Positions 47,109 through 55,816 of a DNA stretch of 64,000 nt are shown piece after piece. Source of the stretch: a virus; the IMG/VR virus record IMGVR_UViG_3300033802_000463, positions 64,001 through 128,000 of that record. One strand, 5' to 3'. The stretch's first letter is position 1. Each line of letters starts with the position of its first letter. Under the pieces are notes generated by a model. That model was not told the origin of the DNA, ran no database searches, and saw only the letters and a program-made list of their open reading frames with translations. The translations under genes and the position numbers were made by a program.

Positions 47109-50100
47109 ATGCAACAAAATCAAATCAACAAGTTCATGTCTGCAGCTGATGTTCTTGGTGCTTTGGCTTCCTTCCCGGGCATCCGTGAAGGCGGCAAGAA
47201 CTTTGATCTCGTAACCAGTGCTATGACGGAGGGGAACAATATCTTGAACATTCTGCGTGACCCGGTTGGTATTGCAGGGATTGCGCCTCAGCAAGCGCAT
47301 CATTTCGCTCGCTTTGTTGAAACCTACAAGGATCAGCTTCCAGAACGCTTGATGCCGAAGAAGCGGGATTCCATCCAAATCCTGATTGCAGACATCAACT
47401 TCATGAAGCGAGATGAAGATGGATGGATGGTGTCCACATTTAAGTACAATGATCCAACGAAAGACAACGGATTTGACTTCAAGAGTGAGAATCAAATGGC
47501 TGATGTATTTGCATCGGAGCCGGTTATTCTGCAAATTCGCCGCAAGTTTAACAAAGGCGAGATGGTTGTAGAGAAGCGTGCTCGTCTGATGCATGACATT
47601 GTAACGGTCAACATGAACTGGGTCCTGGAGGAAGGCCAATCCGAGCCGACCGCCGAGCAGCTGGCCATCCAAGCGGAGCTGATGGAAAAAGGCTTCAAGA
47701 TCATGATGAATGGTGAAGCTAAGTATTGCAAAATGATTCAGCAAACCAACAGCCAGGCACGCCAAGTTATGGCCAATTTCTTGGTTTGCGACAATGAGTT
47801 TGATGCTGTTCCTGAGTTCTTCATGAAGCTGGGACACAACCTTGTTGCTTATGGAAAGAAGAATGCAGATGGAACCATTACGATTGATTGCACCAAATAT
47901 ATGAGCCGTATTGGTCTGTCTGGAACCAGCTCCATCCTCTGCCGCGCCATTCAAATCGGAGATCAGATTCAAGAGAATGGAGATGGCAGCTATTCCATCC
48001 TGGGTGGCAATATGACGATGCGTGTTCAGCCGGATGTGCATGTCATGGTTCGCATCGGCAAATATAAAGTCATCAATGCACAAACCAAAGAGTTTGAAGT
48101 CTTCGATGCTTCCGAACATCCGGTAAAGATGGTGGCTGGCGATGGCCTGATCTTTGTAAACAAGCGTATGTATAAGGCACTCGTTGCTGAACATGGCGTT
48201 AATGTCGATGCTTGGCAAGTTCGGATTACGCCGTTTGGCAAAGGGCTGGCTGTCTATGTCCCTGGCCTGGAGAAAACATTCGAGGAAGATATTGTGGCAT
48301 TTAGCTCCGCCATCAAAGGTGACTTCCGCGATGTTGTAGGCGTACACAAGATCCAATTCCGTGTCGCACTTTTCAATAAGCCGGCCAAGAAGATTAAGAA
48401 GTATACGGAGTATCCGTATCAATTTGTCCATGGAACCAGCCTGACTGCTGAAGATATGATGAATCTGGTAAAACCTCATATGGAGAAAGTCAAGGCAATG
48501 CTTGAAGATCCGGAGCTTCTGATGGATTATCTTGGCATGGATCGTCTGGAAGGTGCATCCGACGAAGAACTGGACAAGGCACTGGTGACAACGTTGATGA
48601 CATTCCTGCATGAGGCGCCGTTCACTTACAAGGATGTCCAAATGAAGAAGTATGCAATGCAACACATTATGGACATGATCAAGAACTGGGTTGTCGGTTC
48701 GATCCCTGTTGAAGCCAATTACAAGTTCATGGTTCATGATCCGCTGGCCATCCTGGAGACGCTGCGCTTGGATCGCTTGCTCCCAGGCAAGCTGCGTGAT
48801 GAAGATGGCGATCTTGTTATTCCTCCGAATGTGGGCTTGCCTGCAGGTACGGTTGTCGTTCGTGATATGAATGACGAGTATCTTGAAGGTGAAATTGGCA
48901 TGCAGCGCAATCCGTTGATTGCCAAGAGTGAATCTGCGGTTGCTGTGGCTATGAAAGATCCGAAATATGTTCGTGTCGGCCATTTCCGTAATCTTTGCGT
49001 CATGAGCGTTCATGACTTCAATACCGCAAAGCAAGGTGGAGCCGACAATGACGGTGACAAAACACTGGTTATTAAGGATCCTGTGATCATCAATGCCATC
49101 AAGCGCAATGCTCACCTTCCTGCCCTGCTGGATATTCATGTGGTTGAATATGTGGATGGTCAACCGGTATTCGATAGCGGCTGCCCGAAATCCTGGAGCG
49201 CGAAGCCAGAGAATGTGTATTCCATTCCCGCTCCCATGATTGTTAAGCAAGACGGCTTCAAAGTGACATTCGCTAAGGATCAGTATAATGAAACGCTCAT
49301 TAATGAGCTTCATAAACTAACCAAGGATTACATCACTCGCACACTGAAGCCGAACCAAATCGGCTTGTTGACCAATTATGCCACGAAGCTTGCAGATGCC
49401 GTGCGTTCACTTGGTTATCAATACAAGCTTGGCGTAGACAAGGATGGTCTGCCGCTTTCTCAGAAAGATAAGCAAGACATTCTGAATAAGATCAAACAAT
49501 TCGAAGAATGGATTGATCTTCTCCGCCTGTGCCAAGGATGGGAGATTGACGCCGCGAAGCATGGCGGTGCATTCTGGGAGGCGCTTGAGAATGAGCTGAG
49601 CTTCATCAAGAATCCGCCGGAGGAAGTTGGATACGTTAGCGAGAAGACCAGCAGGACTGTATGGTATACGCCGGACTGGATGGCTGAGCGCAATAACAAA
49701 GAATTTGGTGTATACACCGGTTCGGTTCTTTCCCGCTTGTTTGTCGATATGGTGAAAGAACGCGCTGACATCTCGAAGTTTGTTGATGAAATGGACAAGC
49801 GTTCTGAAGGAGCCAACATTTACGGTGAGCTGAATGCAGCGATTTCCATGTCTCCGGAACGTTATGAAATGATCAAGGCACATGTGGTAGACATCGATCG
49901 TGAGTATCGCATGGGTATGCAGAACCTTATCAAGAAAGAATCCGAAGCAATAGATCGCGCGGTCGCTCTGGCTGAAGGCAACAAGCACAAGCTGGAGTAT
50001 CTCATGGAAATGGTTCATACCAAGATGAAAGAGGAACGAGCTTTGCTCATTGAGTCCTGCGCCGCGCAGCTGGAGAAGCTGGAAGATGTATTTGCGCCGG

Positions 50101-50540
50101 AAGAGATCGGATTCGTGGCTTACAAGCTCACTTATATTGACTCCAAGTCTGAATCCACTTCTTTCCCGTGGACCGTAGCTAAGCGTCAGTTCCTGGCAAC
50201 TTGCCAAGTTGCGGCCGGCAAAAATCCATCCCGTCTGCCGAAGATCGCAACACGCAAGGCCGACGCGGAGATTAACCTGATGCTGGTGAATCCGAAGCAT
50301 GCAGAGTTGATCGATCGGGCAACGCGCAATGGTTATATGGACGTGAAGTTGGTGCAAGATCAATTAACCGGCAATCTGGTGTATGCCGTTGGCGTCGAGA
50401 ATGTCCTGCTTGGCTATGTATACAACAAGTCGGCCATTTGGTTCTCTGGCGCAGCGCAAGCTCGTGTATATTTCTCTGAACATCGCTACATGTCTCAGAA
50501 GTCGGCTGCAATCAGAGCAACCACTATCAATCTTGCTTAA
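47109..50540 (+). CDS. Single-chain two-barrel RNA polymerase, YonO/eukaryotic-RdRP family
   Basis: GDGLIFV...AWQVRITPFGKG, QRNPLI, catalytic GGADNDGDK, IGLLTN, EIDAAKHG; RBS AAAGGAG. Confidence 0.85.
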   Translation: MQQNQINKFMSAADVLGALASFPGIREGGKNFDLVTSAMTEGNNILNILRDPVGIAGIAPQQAHHFARFVETYKDQLPERLMPKKRDSIQILIADINFMKRDEDGWMVSTFKYNDPTKDNGFDFKSENQMADVFASEPVILQIRRKFNKGEMVVEKRARLMHDIVTVNMNWVLEEGQSEPTAEQLAIQAELMEKGFKIMMNGEAKYCKMIQQTNSQARQVMANFLVCDNEFDAVPEFFMKLGHNLVAYGKKNADGTITIDCTKYMSRIGLSGTSSILCRAIQIGDQIQENGDGSYSILGGNMTMRVQPDVHVMVRIGKYKVINAQTKEFEVFDASEHPVKMVAGDGLIFVNKRMYKALVAEHGVNVDAWQVRITPFGKGLAVYVPGLEKTFEEDIVAFSSAIKGDFRDVVGVHKIQFRVALFNKPAKKIKKYTEYPYQFVHGTSLTAEDMMNLVKPHMEKVKAMLEDPELLMDYLGMDRLEGASDEELDKALVTTLMTFLHEAPFTYKDVQMKKYAMQHIMDMIKNWVVGSIPVEANYKFMVHDPLAILETLRLDRLLPGKLRDEDGDLVIPPNVGLPAGTVVVRDMNDEYLEGEIGMQRNPLIAKSESAVAVAMKDPKYVRVGHFRNLCVMSVHDFNTAKQGGADNDGDKTLVIKDPVIINAIKRNAHLPALLDIHVVEYVDGQPVFDSGCPKSWSAKPENVYSIPAPMIVKQDGFKVTFAKDQYNETLINELHKLTKDYITRTLKPNQIGLLTNYATKLADAVRSLGYQYKLGVDKDGLPLSQKDKQDILNKIKQFEEWIDLLRLCQGWEIDAAKHGGAFWEALENELSFIKNPPEEVGYVSEKTSRTVWYTPDWMAERNNKEFGVYTGSVLSRLFVDMVKERADISKFVDEMDKRSEGANIYGELNAAISMSPERYEMIKAHVVDIDREYRMGMQNLIKKESEAIDRAVALAEGNKHKLEYLMEMVHTKMKEERALLIESCAAQLEKLEDVFAPEEIGFVAYKLTYIDSKSESTSFPWTVAKRQFLATCQVAAGKNPSRLPKIATRKADAEINLMLVNPKHAELIDRATRNGYMDVKLVQDQLTGNLVYAVGVENVLLGYVYNKSAIWFSGAAQARVYFSEHRYMSQKSAAIRATTINLA

Positions 50541-50545
50541 TGCAT

Positions 50546-50574
50546 GAAGGGGAGAGTGACAAGCTCTCCCCTTC
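50546..50574 (+). terminator. Hairpin after the RNAP gene (weak U-tract)
   Basis: GAAGGGGAGAG/CTCTCCCCTTC. Confidence 0.45.
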
Positions 50575-50607
50575 TCTATATTCATTATTCATTTAGGAGG
50601 AATCAAT

Positions 50608-51252
50608 ATGGCAACTTTGTACAATCGTGTGGCAGCATGGATCAATCCCAAGCATATCAAGGTCCGCCGGGATGGCAATACGGTATACATCAATATTGCA
50701 GGAAAGGAACACACCATAACATTCTACAATCTTCAAGAGCCGGTGGAGTTGGAAGTCTCCGCCCATGTCGTAGAGTTTGTGAATGTATCCTATTTCCGCC
50801 GCACAGGAAAGCGTATTGAGAGATCCTATTATTCGACGGTGATTGCATTTGAAAATAAACTTAACGAGGATCACCGCATTTCCCCTTACAAGTTGTGCGA
50901 GTTTCGCACTGATATCCAAGACGCATTGAACGCATTAAAGTCGCTTGCCGATCTTCCGATGCCGACTGATAAACAACTTCAGCTTCTTGTTTATCAAGCA
51001 TTGATTCAAGCTTGCAAAGAGAGCAAGTACAAGACAGCTACTTATACTCAATGGGAAAGCACATGGTTTAATCTGCTTGATCAATTCGATATGGTTTACT
51101 TGCCGCGAGACATTTTCAAAACATTAGCTGCAAAGTATCTTGAAGCCGGTTATGCAGATGCTATTGAACGAAATGGTCAGTATGGATCATTTAATGTCTT
51201 CAAGCCATCCCAAAAAGGATTGACTCGTTGGAATCAGCATACAGGTCAATGA
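50608..51252 (+). CDS. Hypothetical protein enclosed with RNAP by the inverted repeat
   Basis: RBS AGGAGG; 214 aa. Confidence 0.75.
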   Translation: MATLYNRVAAWINPKHIKVRRDGNTVYINIAGKEHTITFYNLQEPVELEVSAHVVEFVNVSYFRRTGKRIERSYYSTVIAFENKLNEDHRISPYKLCEFRTDIQDALNALKSLADLPMPTDKQLQLLVYQALIQACKESKYKTATYTQWESTWFNLLDQFDMVYLPRDIFKTLAAKYLEAGYADAIERNGQYGSFNVFKPSQKGLTRWNQHTGQ

Positions 51253-51319
51253 GGCCCTTCGGGCACGGGTGCGGCGGTCATAACTGCAGCTGCCGCACCA
51301 CTGCAACATCGTGACACTT

Positions 51320-51347
51320 GCATGAGTCCCGCCAAGAGCATGAAACC
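51320..51347. repeat. Right arm of 28-nt long-range inverted repeat
   Basis: GCATGAGTCCCGCCAAGAGCATGAAACC. Confidence 0.9.
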
Positions 51348-51813
51348 CAGCCACTGCATATTTGATCCTCTTTATCTCTCCATGACTTCTCCTCTATTTC
51401 TCTCCCCTCTTTCCTCATGATGCTCATCATGCTCATATATCCAATTATGCGAATCATCTCTCCTCTGCCCCATCAACATCAAACCTGAGGTATTTCAGCA
51501 TTATTCTTGCTCCCCTAACCATCTGCTCCCGGAACGGGGTTTTGTAAGCTCCTCCTCCCTCCTCACACTGTTCTTTCACATCATAATAGCTTCTCTTCGC
51601 TGGAAATTTTCTCCCTAAGTTATACCTTCGGCATGATGCTATTCTTATTTATGTTTCATGCATGTGTAATGCGTTACGAATCTCTCCCGTGCTTTATTTG
51701 ATGCTTATAAGTATCAATGTTGCTTGGTTTCGTTCGTGCTATTAGGATGACTAGAGGTGCGCCTGACGGCGCGCTTCACTGCAGATAAATTTTTCTTTCA
51801 AGGAGGAACTACG

Positions 51814-52254
51814 ATGAAAGAAGTTACGATTTACACTGACGGCGCCTGCTCCGGCAATCCTGGTCCTGGAGGCTGGGGAGCCGTTCTAACATATAAAGAC
51901 AAGCAAAAGACGGCTTTTGGCTACGAGCCGCATACGACAAACAATCGTATGGAGCTTGTAGCCGTTATTGAGTCGTTGAAGCTTTTGAACCAACCCTGCC
52001 ACGTCCAAGTGTATAGCGATTCAGCCTACTTGGTGAATTGCTTCAACAACAATTGGATCGAGGGTTGGCAAAAGAACGGCTGGAGAACCAGCAAAAATCA
52101 ACCGGTGGAAAACCGGGAATTGTGGGAGGCGTTGCTTGAACTAATGAAGATTCATCAAGTTGAATACTTCAAAGTCAAGGGGCACTCCCACGTTACATTA
52201 AACGAAATGGCTGATCGGTTAGCGCGTGAAGCCATTAAACGACATCGTTCTTGA
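51814..52254 (+). CDS. rnhA: Ribonuclease HI (copy 1)
   Basis: YTDGACSGNPGPGGWG, NNRMEL, SDSAY, KGH...NEMAD. Confidence 0.92.
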   Translation: MKEVTIYTDGACSGNPGPGGWGAVLTYKDKQKTAFGYEPHTTNNRMELVAVIESLKLLNQPCHVQVYSDSAYLVNCFNNNWIEGWQKNGWRTSKNQPVENRELWEALLELMKIHQVEYFKVKGHSHVTLNEMADRLAREAIKRHRS

Positions 52255-52293
52255 TTTTACTGGCGGCATGTTTTTGCCGCCAGTGTGTGTTTA

Positions 52294-52350
52294 TCTCTGT
52301 CTGCAGAGTAACAGCTGCACTGATGAGTCTTATTGGAGACGAAATAGAGA
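52294..52350 (+). ncRNA. Type III hammerhead ribozyme
   Basis: UCUCUGUC^UGCAG-loop-CUGCA CUGAUGA GUCUU-AUUG-GAGAC GAAA UAGAGA; GUC cleavage predicted after 52301. Confidence 0.9.
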
Positions 52351-52372
52351 ATCTATCATGGAGGCAATGCGA

Positions 52373-52835
52373 ATGGCTGATCCGTCTATTTTTTTCTTAT
52401 CAGAGATTGATTCTGCGAGTTTATATACTCGTGAAAATATTAAACGTGTAAAGGAGATGTTTGTTGAAGGGCTAAAAGCAGATGTAGAATCAAACCATAT
52501 TGATCGTCAATTGGCGAATAAATGGTTTCGTATGATGATTCAGAATAAGATGGCTTTCGCCATTGCCCTTGGGTCCGACTTTAAGGGTTTCCGTGTTGCT
52601 AAGAGCAAGTCAGATTTTCATCCTTATACGGAGAATCTGGCAATATGGCCCAGACAGCTTTTTTTATGATCGTTTGTCTAATTACGATCTTATTTACCAA
52701 GAAGTATATTCATGGAGAGGTGATAAGTTTAAGAGTGACACATTATACTTTATGTCTCGTAAGTTGAGGTTAGATGTTGGTTTGATAGGATCCCCTCGGA
52801 CGATGGTCCGGCCGCCTATTCAATTTGAAGACTGA
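52373..52835 (+). pseudogene. Hypothetical gene apparently frameshifted at a T7 run (52659-52665)
   Basis: RBS GGAGG. Removing one T joins ...WPRQLF to YDRLSNYDL..., which ends at the terminator. Confidence 0.4.
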
Positions 52836-52870
52836 GGAGATATGATTCTTTTATCTCCTCTTTTTTATTT
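52834..52870 (+). terminator. Intrinsic terminator
   Basis: GAGGAGATA/TATCTCCTC followed by TTTTTT. Confidence 0.75.
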
Positions 52871-53025
52871 TCCTTCTCCTGTCCCGCTTCCACTTCACCT
52901 CCATTGAATGATGTTACTTTTTTATGTTCGACGTAAAAGATCATGCCAGGAGCGGCTGACGCCGCATTTCCATCACAGATGTAGGCGAAACTTCTACATC
53001 AATCTTAGTCGTGGAGGTATTGCTT

Positions 53026-53202
53026 ATGGTGGAGCAAGAGATCATGGAAATCATTCCAAGAGGAAACATGAAGCAATCGCAATATGATCTGCTTGTGAAA
53101 CTGATAGGGATCTACTATCGTGCAAATGGATTAATGCTTCACATTGTTCCTGCTCCTGATACACGTAACAAGAAATTGCGATTGATACGTGGGGATAAAT
53201 GA
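53026..53202 (+). CDS. Small hypothetical protein
   Basis: RBS GGAGGT before ATG 53026. Confidence 0.55.
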   Translation: MVEQEIMEIIPRGNMKQSQYDLLVKLIGIYYRANGLMLHIVPAPDTRNKKLRLIRGDK

Positions 53203-53262
53203 TGCATGAATGCCTGACGGCATAATTCATTATCCAGCGTTGATTCACAAGGAGATGATATT

Positions 53263-53493
53263 GTGGAGTTGATCGATCCATGTCGTCGTCTTCATCTGCT
53301 TCGGCCAGGCAACCTGGTTGTAATTCAAGGCACTGTCATTGGCTGTTTAGGTGCGGAAGGAAAAATTGGTGTGATTACCGATGAGCCTAATCAGTCTGGA
53401 TTATTGTCTCATAAGCCCGGTGTGAATGTAAAGCTTGATGCAGGCTTCGTATGGCTTGTCAACAAAGATGCTGTAAAACCTTTTGGCAAGTGA
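53263..53493 (+). CDS. Small SH3-like hypothetical protein
   Basis: RBS AAGGAG; GNLVVI...GKIGVI...VNVKL. Confidence 0.5.
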   Translation: MELIDPCRRLHLLRPGNLVVIQGTVIGCLGAEGKIGVITDEPNQSGLLSHKPGVNVKLDAGFVWLVNKDAVKPFGK

Positions 53494-53517
53494 ATATTGA
53501 GGAAGGATGTGCATGGA

Positions 53518-53952
53518 ATGAAATATGAGATCTATCAGATCAAGGATGAGTATCGCAGGCAATATGGTTTTGCAAACTTGGATATATTGCCGATGAGATA
53601 TAGAGAGGATACGGATCATCCTGTATTGATTTCAAATGGTGTTGTTCCTGTTCTAAATATCGATGCTTATAACAAGGTGTATGAGGGTGATACTGCATCT
53701 ATTGGTGGTATTGATCGTTTTGTTATTAACGATCCGGCCAACCCGATGCATAAGCAGCAAATGAGGTTGCTTGAGCATATGTTTGAAGTGTTTAATCTTT
53801 ATCATCCTTCGGATTATCGCGCCCCCTCTATGAGTGTAGGCGATCTTGTTGTATTGTATCCGTATGATGATAGTAACAGGGAAGCATTCTTTTGCGACAG
53901 CTTTTCCTGGAAACCAATTGAGTTAATGTCCCGCTCCGGGTCATGGAGTTGA
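53518..53952 (+). CDS. YodL-like domain protein
   Basis: YEIYQI...YNKVYEG...FEVFNLYHPSDY...SMSVGDLVVL...FFCDSF. Confidence 0.75.
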   Translation: MKYEIYQIKDEYRRQYGFANLDILPMRYREDTDHPVLISNGVVPVLNIDAYNKVYEGDTASIGGIDRFVINDPANPMHKQQMRLLEHMFEVFNLYHPSDYRAPSMSVGDLVVLYPYDDSNREAFFCDSFSWKPIELMSRSGSWS

Positions 53953-53957
53953 TCATT

Positions 53958-54137
53958 ATGTACAAAGCAACAATTTATTATCGATCGGGTCATACGGCGA
54001 CTATTCGTTGTGACTCTATTTCTCTTGCACGTATGTATCTGTTTGGCCGTGGTGTGGATCATATTGTAATGGCCATGCCCGGCCGCCCCTCTCTCCCTCC
54101 TATTATCCTTCGTCATTCATCCGATTCATGCGGCTGA
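53958..54137 (+). CDS. Small hypothetical protein
   Basis: RBS GGAG; its stop codon is the loop of a hairpin motif copy. Confidence 0.4.
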   Translation: MYKATIYYRSGHTATIRCDSISLARMYLFGRGVDHIVMAMPGRPSLPPIILRHSSDSCG

Positions 54138-54384
54138 TGCCGCTTTTCATTTTGATGTGCTATAATACTGCTTGCATGAGGAGGATACAGAATGTTTAAA
54201 AAGAAACCAACGCTTAATAACGCATGACTGGCAGCCGGTTGATTCCCAAGGCTATGGGATGGAATGCTCCAATTGCGGCAAATACATCTCTGCATTTGAG
54301 CCGGACGCTTGGAAGGCCGGCCAGGAGTCGCTTTGCATCCCGACGGCACGACTACAGAAGAGAAAATACGGAGGTGATATTCAG

Positions 54385-54582
54385 ATGACAAAACCGGAAG
54401 GCGCATATTATTTTGACCAAGAATCAGGACTGTGGGTTACGGATGGAAAGCATGACAAACAGCATTATTTTTGGTATTTGGAACATAGGCTAGGTTTTTC
54501 GCAAGAAGCAATATCTGCCATGAGCGATGAAGATCATTTCAATATGGCAGATATGTACGCGGCTGATTATTTATCATTTTGA
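54385..54582 (+). CDS. Small hypothetical protein
   Basis: RBS GGAGGTG; MTKPEGAYYF... Confidence 0.55.
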   Translation: MTKPEGAYYFDQESGLWVTDGKHDKQHYFWYLEHRLGFSQEAISAMSDEDHFNMADMYAADYLSF

Positions 54583-54600
54583 TGCTTTTGGGCTGATTCC

Positions 54601-54894
54601 ATGCAGTGTTCCGTTTGTCGGAATAAAATTCAGTGTCCTTATACTTCGCTGCGCGGCAAGCTCTTTTGCATGTTTTTCACCAATAAAAATAAAGAGCTTG
54701 TCGCTCGCGGCGTCGTTGACTTCATGTTCATGGTTATGTATGATCAGCTGCCTTCGGATATTCAGAAACGCGTGCAAAAAATCATCGAAGGCAAGATTTC
54801 TCGTTTCGGCGTCTCCTTTGAGGAGATCGTGCAACAATATGCCGATATCGAAAAGACGTACCAGGAGTGGCTATTCAGAGAAAAATATGCTTGA
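54601..54894 (+). CDS. Hypothetical protein
   Basis: 97-aa ORF in the operon. Confidence 0.55.
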   Translation: MQCSVCRNKIQCPYTSLRGKLFCMFFTNKNKELVARGVVDFMFMVMYDQLPSDIQKRVQKIIEGKISRFGVSFEEIVQQYADIEKTYQEWLFREKYA

Positions 54895-54959
54895 TAAGCC
54901 TGTCGGCTTGATTTCTGTAAATGGTTAATGCACACAACATTTAAGGAGGCATATGGTCT

Positions 54960-55400
54960 ATGCATGCAAGATTCAATGCAAAATTCACATGCTGCCCGGA
55001 ATGTTCTAACGTATGGCTTTTACCCGCGTTTGTGAAAGATTCCGATGTTCGATGGAAACTGTGCCCCAAATGCCGCGCAAGAAAGCGTGCGTTTTATGCG
55101 GTATTTTGGGGGAAGTATGTAAAAGCCATGCAAAATGGTGATTTAACCGAAGACGGTCTTATGGTTGCTCGCATCGATGGTGAGCATTACGTTATTGGTC
55201 CTGAAAATACTGTCGGCTTCCGAGGCTTCAGCGGACGCCGCTTTGTCATTCGGTTTACGGTTGGCCCGCATGCCGGCGAGATTGTGGAGACTACGAATCT
55301 GTGGCATCAAGGCACGATCTCACATGGATACGAGAAGATCCTGCATGACAATGCAGTGTTTGTGCCGCAAGAGTATCCTTCGTTGATCTCGGTATCATAG
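54960..55400 (+). CDS. Zn-ribbon hypothetical protein
   Basis: RBS AAGGAGG; CPEC...CPKC; TTNLWHQG. Confidence 0.65.
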   Translation: MHARFNAKFTCCPECSNVWLLPAFVKDSDVRWKLCPKCRARKRAFYAVFWGKYVKAMQNGDLTEDGLMVARIDGEHYVIGPENTVGFRGFSGRRFVIRFTVGPHAGEIVETTNLWHQGTISHGYEKILHDNAVFVPQEYPSLISVS

Positions 55401-55426
55401 CATTTTCAAGCGGCTTACAATGCCGC

Positions 55427-55481
55427 TGCTGTCGTAGGGTTGTGCCCTGCCTGATGATGGCTTCTCTAAGCCGAAACAGCA
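55427..55481 (+). ncRNA. Type III hammerhead ribozyme (extra U after A9)
   Basis: UGCUGUC^GUAGGG-UUGUG-CCCUGC CUGAUGA U GGCUU-CUCU-AAGCC GAAA CAGCA; cleavage predicted after 55433. Confidence 0.88.
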
Positions 55482-55511
55482 AAACGATTATACTATGTGG
55501 AGGTTGATAAA

Positions 55512-55733
55512 ATGCCTTATCAGCATACTTTGGAAGATCGCATTTACATCCTGCAGAAAACCAATCTTCCGGATGATCTTTCCTATATGCTTCAACAGGC
55601 AGATCAGTATTATGTTCAATATCTGGACAAACAAGCTGAAGAGTTGGTTGCTCAAATTGAAAAAGAGTGTGTCGCAAGGAATATCAAATTGTTTAAGCCG
55701 CTTAATTGTTTTGCGGAGCTCATTTACACATAA
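55512..55733 (+). CDS. Small hypothetical protein
   Basis: RBS GGAGGT just downstream of the hammerhead. Confidence 0.6.
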   Translation: MPYQHTLEDRIYILQKTNLPDDLSYMLQQADQYYVQYLDKQAEELVAQIEKECVARNIKLFKPLNCFAELIYT

Positions 55734-55816
55734 TTTTTGTTGAGCATTACAACATGATCTTTTTTTATACATAACAATGAATACCGTAAATATTTCGTTT
55801 GAAAGGATGATTAATT

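Noticed and set aside
47043-50363. Long antisense ORFs (756 and 318 aa) opposite the RNAP gene, suggesting ambisense coding
   Set aside because: They are codon-aligned shadows with no RBS or recognisable motif. Similar shadows lie opposite the sheath and capsid genes.
50535-50600. Twister-like words (UUAAUGCA, GUGACAAGC)
   Set aside because: The required downstream P2'/GAG-pseudoknot strand is missing; it folds as a simple hairpin.
46700-51360. Group I or II intron carrying the RNAP gene
   Set aside because: No R/S elements, no domain V, and no interrupted host gene.
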